Shown here: in pieces, positions 8,172-16,048 of the stretch
How positions within the stretch are numbered: position 1 is the first letter of the stretch
Layout of the letters: every line of letters starts with the position of its first letter
Program-made: the position numbers and the translations under genes
Assembly: GCA_964619725.1 (NCBI GenBank)
Contig: CAZUFC010000130.1
Location: 1-21,703 of the forward strand
Origin: an uncultured bacterium
Lineage (GTDB): Bacteria > CSSED10-310 > CAZUFC01
Length of the DNA stretch: 21,703 nucleotides
Direction: 5' to 3'
Notes under the pieces: model-generated
Databases searched by the model: none
What the model was told of the DNA's origin: nothing
Seen by the model: only the letters and a program-made list of their open reading frames with translations

Positions 8172-9500
8172 ATGAATTTCACAAAGCCGAAATTACTGAT
8201 TATTGTAATCATGTTCGTCGGGATTTTCACGTTGAATGATGCGGTCAGGGCGGTCATTCCGGGCGTTGCCGGTCCTTCGTTTTACCTGACGGCGAAAGAG
8301 GGACATATTTACGGCGGCGACGGTTTAACCCTTAAAACGTGGGGATTTGCTTATGAGGACGGTCCTATGCAATACCCCGGACCGACTATGATCGTTCAGG
8401 AAGGAGATAATGTTTCCATAGCGTTGAACAACCAACTGGAGTATCCTGTTTCCATCGTTTTTCCGGGACAAACCGATGTGACCGCTTCACTGGGAGTTCC
8501 CGGTCTTGTAACGCGTGAAGCGCCTCCCGGAGGCTGGGTGGTGTATGAATTTACGGCTGATCATCCCGGGACGTTTCTTTATCGCAGCGGGACCAGGCCT
8601 GATCTGCAGACGGAAATGGGGCTCGTGGGCGCATTGATCGTCCGTCCTTCCCTGGGCGATAATTACGTTTACAACCATGAGGATTCCTATTTCGATCGGG
8701 AATACCTGTTTCTGTTCACGGAGATGGACCTTCAAATCCACAATCTGGTGGACATCGGACTGATGGAACTGGTAGATACGACGACGTTTGACCCTGTATA
8801 CTGGTTCATCAACGGCCGAAATGCGCCGGACACCATGCTTATGCCGAATGTGCCATGGATGCCCAGTCAGCCCTATAACTGCATGCCGAGAATACATCCC
8901 GGGGAAAAACTGCTTATGCGCATTATTGGAGCCGGCCGGGATACTCACCCCTATCACACGCACGGACAACATATGCGGGTGATAGGCGTAGACGGTCGCA
9001 TGCTTGAAAGCGCTCCGGGAATGGGAACGGATTTATCCGAACTGGCATTTACGTATACGGTTGTTCCAGGCGGAACCGCCGATGCGATTTACGTATGGAC
9101 TGGCGAGAACCTCGGCTGGGATATCTACGGTCATGAACAGGATATCGACAATCCTCCTACAGGTAACTTCCCGGGTCCCGAAGACGTCGATCATGACGGA
9201 GACGGAGAATTCGATAATGTCCCCATGGAACCGGGAGAATACGCACCCGATCATGGAAAACCTCTGCCCGTCCTGCTGCCCGAACCGCAGGACATAGCTT
9301 TCGGCAGTTCCTGGAGCGGCAGCCCCTTCCTGGGGACTTTCGGTTACATTCCGCCCGGACAGGGAGGATTCAATCTTAACGCCGGTTACTTCTACATGTG
9401 GCATTCCCACAATGAAGTGGAAATGGTCAATAACGACATTTTTCCGGGAGGCAATATGACTATGTTGATAGTCGAACACCCGGACGTGCCGATTCCATAA
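8172..9500 (+). CDS. Two-domain multicopper oxidase-like protein B (His motifs in domain 2 only, no type-1 Cys)
   Basis: GGAGG RBS, signal peptide, cupredoxin hallmarks YPGPTMIVQEGDNVSI and FINGRNAPD; HPYHTH (8946-8963) and HSH (9402-9410); domain 1 equivalents read VSIVFPG and YRSGTRPDLQTEMGL. Confidence 0.9.
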   Translation: MNFTKPKLLIIVIMFVGIFTLNDAVRAVIPGVAGPSFYLTAKEGHIYGGDGLTLKTWGFAYEDGPMQYPGPTMIVQEGDNVSIALNNQLEYPVSIVFPGQTDVTASLGVPGLVTREAPPGGWVVYEFTADHPGTFLYRSGTRPDLQTEMGLVGALIVRPSLGDNYVYNHEDSYFDREYLFLFTEMDLQIHNLVDIGLMELVDTTTFDPVYWFINGRNAPDTMLMPNVPWMPSQPYNCMPRIHPGEKLLMRIIGAGRDTHPYHTHGQHMRVIGVDGRMLESAPGMGTDLSELAFTYTVVPGGTADAIYVWTGENLGWDIYGHEQDIDNPPTGNFPGPEDVDHDGDGEFDNVPMEPGEYAPDHGKPLPVLLPEPQDIAFGSSWSGSPFLGTFGYIPPGQGGFNLNAGYFYMWHSHNEVEMVNNDIFPGGNMTMLIVEHPDVPIP

Positions 9501-9506
9501 GAAAGG

Positions 9507-10832
9507 ATGATGATGATCATGAAAACAAAATTTAGTTATATCAGTGTTATGTTGCTGCTCCTGTCGTTTGCGTTTGCCGGAATCCGGCATGATGCGGCGC
9601 TGGCGACCGAATACTTCCTTCGCGCCGAAGCGATGACCGGCACGATGTGCGACGGGACGGAAATAGAAATGTGGGGATACGCCATGGATACAGCGTTCGG
9701 CGCTGAAGACGGCACAGTGACGGTTCCGGGGCCTGTTCTCGAAATACCTCCGGGAGATTCGTCCTTGACGATACACATGGACAACAACCTGAACGTGCCG
9801 ACATCAATAGTCATACCGGGCCTGATCGCCTCTATGTCGCCCGTCAGAAACGGCGAAAACAGAATAGTATCCTTCACCCATGAAACATCTCCGGGTAACG
9901 CCGCGCCGGTTGATTACATCTGGAATAATCTCAAACCCGGTACCTATCTCTATCAAAGCGGTTCTCACATGGCCGTCCAGGTGCAAATGGGTCTCTACGG
10001 AGCAGTTAAAATGGACCACATGATGGGTCAGGCATACGATGAAGTCCAAACAGCCTACGACAGCGAAGTAATGCTGCTGTTCAGCGAAATTGACCCGGCG
10101 CTTCACCAGGCGGTCGCCGAAGATCAATACGGTCCGGGTCTCCTTATGACCAGTACGGTCGACTATCAACCCAAATGCTTCCTTATAAACGGCGAATGCT
10201 TCTCTCCCGGACGTATGTCCATTCCGGCCGGAATTCCGGGCGATACCCTACTGGTAAGGTTCCTCAACGCAGGACTGAAAACAAGGGTCCCTGCCTTGAA
10301 CGGGAAAAGACTCGTCATGTGGGCGGAAGACGGAAACCTGCTTCCCTATCCTAAAAATATAGCAGCCCTGCACCTGGAAGCCGGAAAAACAAGAGATGTC
10401 CTGGTTGAACTCGATCAGCCCGGCTACATCCCTGTTTATGACGAACGTCTTGCTCTGACCAATGCCGGCGTTTCTCCGGGAGGTATGCTGGCTTACCTGG
10501 AAGTCGCTTCGGGTATGCAGTACTGGCTTACCGTCGATGTCGCTTCCTTCGGTCCCGCGGGAGGAACAATTCAGACTTTGAGCAAACCCGCAGGCATCTT
10601 CTGCGAATCGAATTGCAGCGTCATGTACAATGAAGATACGGAACTGCTCCTTCGGGCTACACCTGATGAAAATTCGATTTTTATCGGATGGAGCGGCGGC
10701 GGATGCGGCGGCCTGGGAGACTGTATCGTCGAAATGAACGGCGACAGGACCGTTACGGCATTCTTCTTCCCCGGCGCCCTCTTCAGAAATATACTGCCTG
10801 TTTTGAAACCGACTGTTTCAACAAGGAACTAA
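9507..10832 (+). CDS. Two-domain cupredoxin protein C lacking copper motifs, with C-terminal divergent InlB B-repeat-like domain
   Basis: Signal peptide; VPGPVLEI, PGTYLYQSGSHMAVQVQMGLYGA, FLINGE and LVRFLNAG mark the MCO fold; tail PAGIFCESNC...LRATPDENSIFIGWSGGGCGG..DCIVEMNGDRTVTAFF; the exact start may be a later ATG (9510-9519). Confidence 0.85.
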   Translation: MMMIMKTKFSYISVMLLLLSFAFAGIRHDAALATEYFLRAEAMTGTMCDGTEIEMWGYAMDTAFGAEDGTVTVPGPVLEIPPGDSSLTIHMDNNLNVPTSIVIPGLIASMSPVRNGENRIVSFTHETSPGNAAPVDYIWNNLKPGTYLYQSGSHMAVQVQMGLYGAVKMDHMMGQAYDEVQTAYDSEVMLLFSEIDPALHQAVAEDQYGPGLLMTSTVDYQPKCFLINGECFSPGRMSIPAGIPGDTLLVRFLNAGLKTRVPALNGKRLVMWAEDGNLLPYPKNIAALHLEAGKTRDVLVELDQPGYIPVYDERLALTNAGVSPGGMLAYLEVASGMQYWLTVDVASFGPAGGTIQTLSKPAGIFCESNCSVMYNEDTELLLRATPDENSIFIGWSGGGCGGLGDCIVEMNGDRTVTAFFFPGALFRNILPVLKPTVSTRN

Positions 10833-10833
10833 G

Positions 10834-11388
10834 ATGATGAACTCAACTGTAGACAACAGCAAACCATTTCAAAGGTTGAGTCATTTGGCGGCCGGTTTGA
10901 TGCTCGGACTGACGCTCGCGCTCAGTTCGAGCCCGGTCGCAGCAGTGACCCAAGATACAGAAAACTGGAAAAACAGTTCTGTCACGGTTGAGACCCCGGC
11001 GGATGAACCTGGTCAATCCATTCAGAACCTCGAAAATGAATGGGGGATCGAACTGGTGAGATTGGGCTTGTCAGCCGCAGGATACATGATCGATTTCCGG
11101 TATAAATTGATCGACCCGGAAAAAGCAGACTCCCTTTTTAATCGAAAAACAAAACTATACCTGGTACACCAGAAAACCTCAAAAACGATCCCGGTTTACA
11201 ATCCGGCAAAAGTAGGCCCCATGAGACAAACAGCCATTGAACCCAAATCAGGACGCAATTACTTCATCATGTTCGCCAATCCGGGCCGGTTAATTCAACC
11301 AGGCGATAAAATTACGCTGATCGTCGGCGATTCGAAAATTGAAAATTTGACGATCTCCGGCGGCAGCGTTTCCCAGGCAGTAAATTAA
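10834..11388 (+). CDS. Exported hypothetical protein, last gene of the cupredoxin operon
   Basis: 184 aa, starts 1 nt after the previous stop; hydrophobic signal ending VAA; motifs LSAAGYMIDFRYK..DPEKA and KVGPMRQT...YFIMFANPG, which I recall from proteins encoded beside multicopper oxidases (not verified). Confidence 0.8.
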   Translation: MMNSTVDNSKPFQRLSHLAAGLMLGLTLALSSSPVAAVTQDTENWKNSSVTVETPADEPGQSIQNLENEWGIELVRLGLSAAGYMIDFRYKLIDPEKADSLFNRKTKLYLVHQKTSKTIPVYNPAKVGPMRQTAIEPKSGRNYFIMFANPGRLIQPGDKITLIVGDSKIENLTISGGSVSQAVN

Positions 11389-11532
11389 CTTACCCTGCTA
11401 CCCTAACAAAGGAGGTTAACCACATAAAAAATATTTCTCCCTTATTCAAAGACAACCCGAAGTCTAACTGGAGGACGCATTGGATATCCCACCACGATCT
11501 GTCCCCCTTATCCCCTCTCTTCTGGTTGCCTT

Positions 11533-11614
11533 AAGAGTCGCTCACAAAATCAAAAGGGGCTTCCGGTTTATTCCCTACCCGGGTGCCCTTTTCGGAGAAG
11601 CGACTCTTTTTTTT
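11533..11614 (+). terminator. Long stem-loop with U-tract, probable operon terminator
   Basis: AAGAGTCGCT (11533-11542) pairs with AGCGACTCTT (11599-11608); inner stem AAAAGGGGC...GCCCTTTT; T8 run at 11607-11614. Confidence 0.6.
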
Positions 11615-11620
11615 GCTCCA

Positions 11621-11715
11621 GGACAGTTTGCTTAGGTAATCGGGGTCGGGGTCGATATCGGCATCGTTATCGGTATCGGTATCGGGATCGGGGTCGGGGT
11701 CGGGGTCGAAACAAA
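11621..11715 (-). repeat. Dispersed repeat copy D with expanded hexamer tract
   Basis: TCGGGG/TCGGTA-type tract 11640-11708; reverse complement of 11621-11646 matches 820-845 at 20/26; TCGAAACAAA flank matches the reverse complement of copy B. Confidence 0.75.
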
Positions 11716-11989
11716 CTATTTCAATTACCTCTCTGCAAAAAAACGGATGTTATATCAGTAGCTGTTTAACCATATCCTAGGGATTTAACTGCACTGTCGC
11801 CGATTGACGCAGTGTTAAGGAAAATTCGCCGTTTATGGACAAAATCCTGCTAATTTCGGGACTGATACCGATACCAATTGTGCTTTCGATTGCGAAAATG
11901 CTGATTGCTGCCGGTAAATTGAAAAGAACACATAAAAAATTATTGGCCGGATTAGTGGGTTGCTGTTTTGATGGTTTTTGGTTGGTTGA

Positions 11990-12030
11990 CCTCACCCCCC
12001 GGCCCCCTCTCCATGAATGGAGAGGGGGAG
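11990..12030. repeat. REP-like palindrome
   Basis: CCTCACCCCCCGG followed by the perfect stem CCCCCTCTCCA-TGAA-TGGAGAGGGGG (12003-12028). Confidence 0.7.
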
Positions 12031-12173
12031 TCAGATTGGGTTATTTTTGGGCTGGTTGGGGGATTTTGTTGGGGTGTTTTTTTTGGGGACTGTTCAAACG
12101 GGGGTTATACTCTTTCATAAAACGCTTGGAATGATTGAAATCCCCTGTTTTTTTTCATCGAGCGCCGTTTTTT

Positions 12174-12211
<38 letters not shown>

Positions 12212-12312
12212 ACTACAAAAAAATTCGAGGAGATATGGTGTGTTCTGCATCATATTTCGAAGCTTCGTAATTATTCAATACAGCGGTACTGATCAAACAG
12301 GGATTACAAATT

Positions 12313-13062
12313 GTGATATCGATACTCAAAATGAACTTTCGTGCTCAGCGGAGCGGCGCTCATGTCGCCGAGGGATGCACCCTGAACTGGGGCGACGGTA
12401 TGATTGATGAGGCCCCATTGTTCACCGTCGGCGTTGAAGGGGGTTTTTACCTGAGTCAGACAGCAGCAGGACAGGGTGAAAACAGTCCCTGCGTAGATGC
12501 CGGCAATGAGTCCGCATCGAACATCACTTTCGAAGGTCCTGATGGAAACGTCTGCATGGATGAGTTATGGACCCGGACGGATGAAGTCGTGGACTACGAT
12601 GAAGCCGATATGGGATACCATTACGGAATGCTTTCCTGTCCGTTGACTCCGACTCCCTTCCCCACCGCTACTCACATTCCCACATCGCCGACACCCACCA
12701 TGAATCCCAATCTCGCTGTTGATTTGACTCTTTCCAAAACGACATTCGTGCCGGGCGATCTTTTCCTGCTGGCCGCGCTTATCTCGAATCCCGGCCCCGA
12801 CACTTACCAGAACCAGCCTTTCGTAGTCCTGCTGGACGCATACAGCATATACTTCTGGCATCCCACCTGGACGGAAACCTTCGATTACGAACCGTTGAAC
12901 CTGGATATTGAAACGATCGATAAAGAAATATTGAGATTTGACTGGCCCGACGAACCGAGTTCAGGTTCCGGCATAAAGTTCTATGGAGCTTTATTGAATG
13001 AAGAATTCAACGATATACTCGGACTCTTCGATATGGTTGAATTCGGGTGGGCGCCAGAATAG
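12313..13062 (+). pseudogene. C-terminal fragment of a secreted beta-helix-type surface protein (5'-truncated)
   Basis: No signal peptide or clear RBS; the first ~25 codons look non-coding; then PLF...FYLSQTAAGQGENSPCVDAG...TRTD...DMGYHY (motif that normally closes a beta-helix domain), a Pro/Thr linker and a C-terminal beta domain ending VEFGWAPE. Confidence 0.6.
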
Positions 13063-13196
13063 GATAAAGGCATTGAACGAATACTGCAGGGGATATTCAA
13101 ACAAAAACGCCGATAATTCGTCGATACTAGAAAAACCGGGGGACTTTCGGCACGAAAAGCAAAGCCCTGCGTCAGCATATCTGCGATCAGGATAAC

Positions 13197-13715
13197 GTGA
13201 TGAATAGGGAACTGATTGATCAGATGGAATCGCTGGGATACCGGGTGAGAGTCGTTTCAATCCGCCGTCTTAAGAACCTGCAGGAAGAATTCGAAGCAGT
13301 TTACCATCAAGGTCTTCTGAATGAGGAGTTTTATCAGGAGCGATTAGCAGGATTTGTTTTACACGCAGAAAAGTGCATAACCTTCTGGAACGAGAAACCT
13401 GGAACGATTACTTTTCCGGCATGGTTGAACGATGCGCCGTACGACTGGTTAGTGGGGTGTATGAGGCGCCGGAGGGTATGTCCGGAGAACCGGCGGATGC
13501 TTGATTGGTATGAAGAGGGTGGAGAATTTACAGAAGAGGAAATAAATTTTCTGTTGAAAGAGCCGACATCGGCTGAGTTGCCTGCTCCGCCAGTAAAGAA
13601 ATTGGAACGATGGGACATGCACGAATGGCTTGATATCCCACCTCGAAACCTAAATGCTCTTTTGTCCGAAAGAGGTTCAAGATCATTAGAACCTGAAAGC
13701 GCAGATGAGGGATAG
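13197..13715 (+). pseudogene. Epoxyqueuosine reductase-like / 4Fe-4S double-cluster protein with a large in-frame internal deletion
   Basis: N-terminal EEFYQERLAGF is joined directly to LHAEKCITFWNE...LVGCMRRRRVCPEN; the intervening catalytic region and first CxxCxxCxxxCP are absent, and GCxxCQxVCP has lost a Cys. Confidence 0.65.
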
Positions 13716-14106
13716 AGATACAAATATGCTCCTGGCAGCGGATGCCTTTATTAACATTCTACTCGGTGTAGTTCTGCTTCTTTTACCAGCCGGCACAGGC
13801 GATTTGCTTGGTCTGCCTTCGGCCGATTCTTGTTTTTACCCGATGATTCTGGGCGGGGTTCTTTTCGGCATAGGGATTGCCCTTCTCATTGAAATGCGAG
13901 GACGCAGCTCCTCTATCCATGGATTGGCTTTGCCTGGAGCCATAGCGATTAATCTCTGCGGAGGATCGGTTCTTCTGCTCTGGTTGCTCTCCGGCGATGC
14001 GCTCATTCCGCTCAGAGGGAAAATCACCTTATGGATCGTCGCTATTCTTGTACTGGGAATAGGCCTCGCAGAAACCTTGAAGCGCCCCTGGGATAATCGA
14101 CAGTAA
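13705..14106 (+). CDS. Small integral membrane protein (about 4 TM helices), unknown function
   Basis: 133 aa with four hydrophobic segments (DAFINILLGVVLLLL, ILGGVLFGIGIALL, GAIAINLCGGSVLLLWLL, LWIVAILVLGIGL); overlaps the upstream stop. Confidence 0.8.
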   Translation: MRDRDTNMLLAADAFINILLGVVLLLLPAGTGDLLGLPSADSCFYPMILGGVLFGIGIALLIEMRGRSSSIHGLALPGAIAINLCGGSVLLLWLLSGDALIPLRGKITLWIVAILVLGIGLAETLKRPWDNRQ

Positions 14107-14146
14107 ACCGGCGTTCCGCTTTTCTTAATTTACTTGAAAGCGCGCC

Positions 14147-15605
14147 TCAAATTTCATCGCACTTTTTGTCGAGAAGCTTTTTTGTCGTAAAAGCAGGTCT
14201 CCTGTTTTTAAGTTGCGCCGGGAATTTTATTTTCAATCCTGACAGCAGCAATCCGACGAATACTGCAAGGAGAAGAGTGGAGCCGGCGCCTGATGCCGGA
14301 TTCCTTGTAAAAAAGTTGTCCTGTAAGTTCGTCGTCGCCGAAGACGATGATTCGGCTGAGATATCCTGAGCTTTCAACGGCATCCTGTATGGATTTGAAC
14401 GGTTGAGCCTGAGTTCCTCTCTGATCGGTATCCGATGCGGCATTTACATATATCCTTTTTCTGTAATCAATGACGGCTGAAGCGGCATCAACGCCTATAG
14501 ACTGTGCGGTTTCATTAACTGCTTTTACGAATATCGAACAGGCGCCGGTCGTAATATCTTCGCCCGGTTCAATGTAAACAGAACCGTAACGAGTTTCTGA
14601 ATTTCCCGCAGTCGTCAGCTCGATATTGGCGATTCTACCCCCGTCAAAAACAGCGAGAGCGGTATACTCAGTATCCGGGTCCGCCGGTCCTTCGACGAGG
14701 ATACGCATGGTATCGCCTATACAATATTGTTCATTATTGATTGAAACTGAGATATCCATAACGGTTGCATACTCTGTCAGGTATTTCCACGCCTCGCAGA
14801 TTCCTATGATCGCGGCAGCCGACACGTAAGTCCTGCTGTTCGGTATTCCCGATAAAACGGGCCATCCGCCGTCTCGATTCTGATGCAGAAGCAGTGAGAT
14901 GCTTCCGGCTGCAATAATTGCTGTTCTCTCGAAACGACTTACGCCGGCGGGCATCATTTCGGGGCAGACGTCAGAAAGAACCCAGACGGCCAGGGCATTA
15001 TAAAAGGTGTTGTCAGACCAGCGCCAGGTTAACCAGTCGAAATCGTCTATCAAACATCTGAGCGCTGCCTGAGCGTCATCCTGATATTCAGAACCCGCGC
15101 TTTCAAACATGAGAGCCGCTAATCCCGTCGAATGGAGACCGCCAACGCAGTGGCCGCCATATTTCTGATCTAGCCGGGTCATCATGGCTGCGACAACAGG
15201 GTCCGATCCCCAGCCTCACTCGTGTAAAGCCCAAAGTGAGTATAATGTTATGTGCAGGCGAGGAACGGTTACCCTCGCATCCTGCCAGAAACATCCGAAA
15301 CCCTCCTCTTCCGTTGCATCCTCTTGATATACGGCATCAAGCAGTCTCGGCGCTGAACAATCGAGCATTTCCGAAACTGCAGGCCCGCCGCCGCAGGCAT
15401 TGTCCGGCAATCCCAAATCAAGGCTTTTATTCAATAGACAGGTCGTCAGGGCTGTGTTATGAGGGTCTCCGCCCTCCGGCAATCCGTAAATGTTCCAACC
15501 CCAATTGCAGTTGACCGGCTCCCAGAGACTGCACAGTAAATTAACCGCATCTGAAACAGGTTTGCAGGGCGCAGGATTCTGCGGCGTACATTCACTCAAC
15601 TGCAA
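14147..15605 (-). pseudogene. Degraded prenyltransferase/squalene-cyclase-repeat (alpha-alpha toroid) surface protein with Ig-like and DUF1565-like segments
   Basis: ORFs 15216-15605 and 14208-15185 are in the same frame, separated by one TGA (HE*GWGSDPVVAAMM); HQNRDGGWP motif; IYVNAASDTDQRGTQAQPFKSIQDAV; anchor-like tail PASGAGSTLLLAVFVGLLLSGLKIK lies in another frame; no credible start. Confidence 0.6.
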
Positions 15606-15612
15606 CTACGAT

Positions 15613-15996
15613 TCAGAACACCCGCGACGTCTGCAGATTTTCGTCTACCCATAGTCCGACTATATCGAATCCGAAGCCCCACGATTCCGCTAATTTCATG
15701 GACGATTCAATCTGTTTGAGCTGCCTTTCTTTGTCGACTGGATTGCCCGCACAATCGAAATGGCCGACAATGGCGATGACTTTCGAGCCATGTTTTTCAG
15801 CCGAGATGCCGGCATGCCGCCTCAAGAATTCAACCATATCGGTTTCAGTCTGCTCATCAAGGGTCTTGATAGGTCCGGCAGACGTTATCATATCCACGTA
15901 GTCTGCGCCGTATTTTTCTTTCATATAACTGATGACCGGCTCCTGCACACGGCCGTCCATGCAATTCACAGCGGTTACGAATTTTCCTTCAGCCAT
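15613..15996 (-). CDS. Putative small beta-class-like carbonic anhydrase
   Basis: Zn-ligand motifs NCMDGR and GHFDCAGNP; GGAGGTGA RBS upstream of the ATG. Confidence 0.85.
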   Translation of the reverse strand: MAEGKFVTAVNCMDGRVQEPVISYMKEKYGADYVDMITSAGPIKTLDEQTETDMVEFLRRHAGISAEKHGSKVIAIVGHFDCAGNPVDKERQLKQIESSMKLAESWGFGFDIVGLWVDENLQTSRVF

Positions 15997-16048
15997 GGTT
16001 CACCTCCATACCGTTTTCAACTTAGTATAATCCTCTGCCTGTTTTTCA

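Noticed and set aside
1116-10169. Many antisense and alternate-frame ORFs inside the operon (e.g. 6991-7701, 9033-9776)
   Set aside because: Shadows of well-supported genes, with no motifs of their own.
15216-15218. Genome-wide TGA reassignment (alternative genetic code)
   Set aside because: TGA ends intact genes here (carbonic anhydrase, both oxidoreductase subunits), and Trp is encoded by TGG in the long ORFs.
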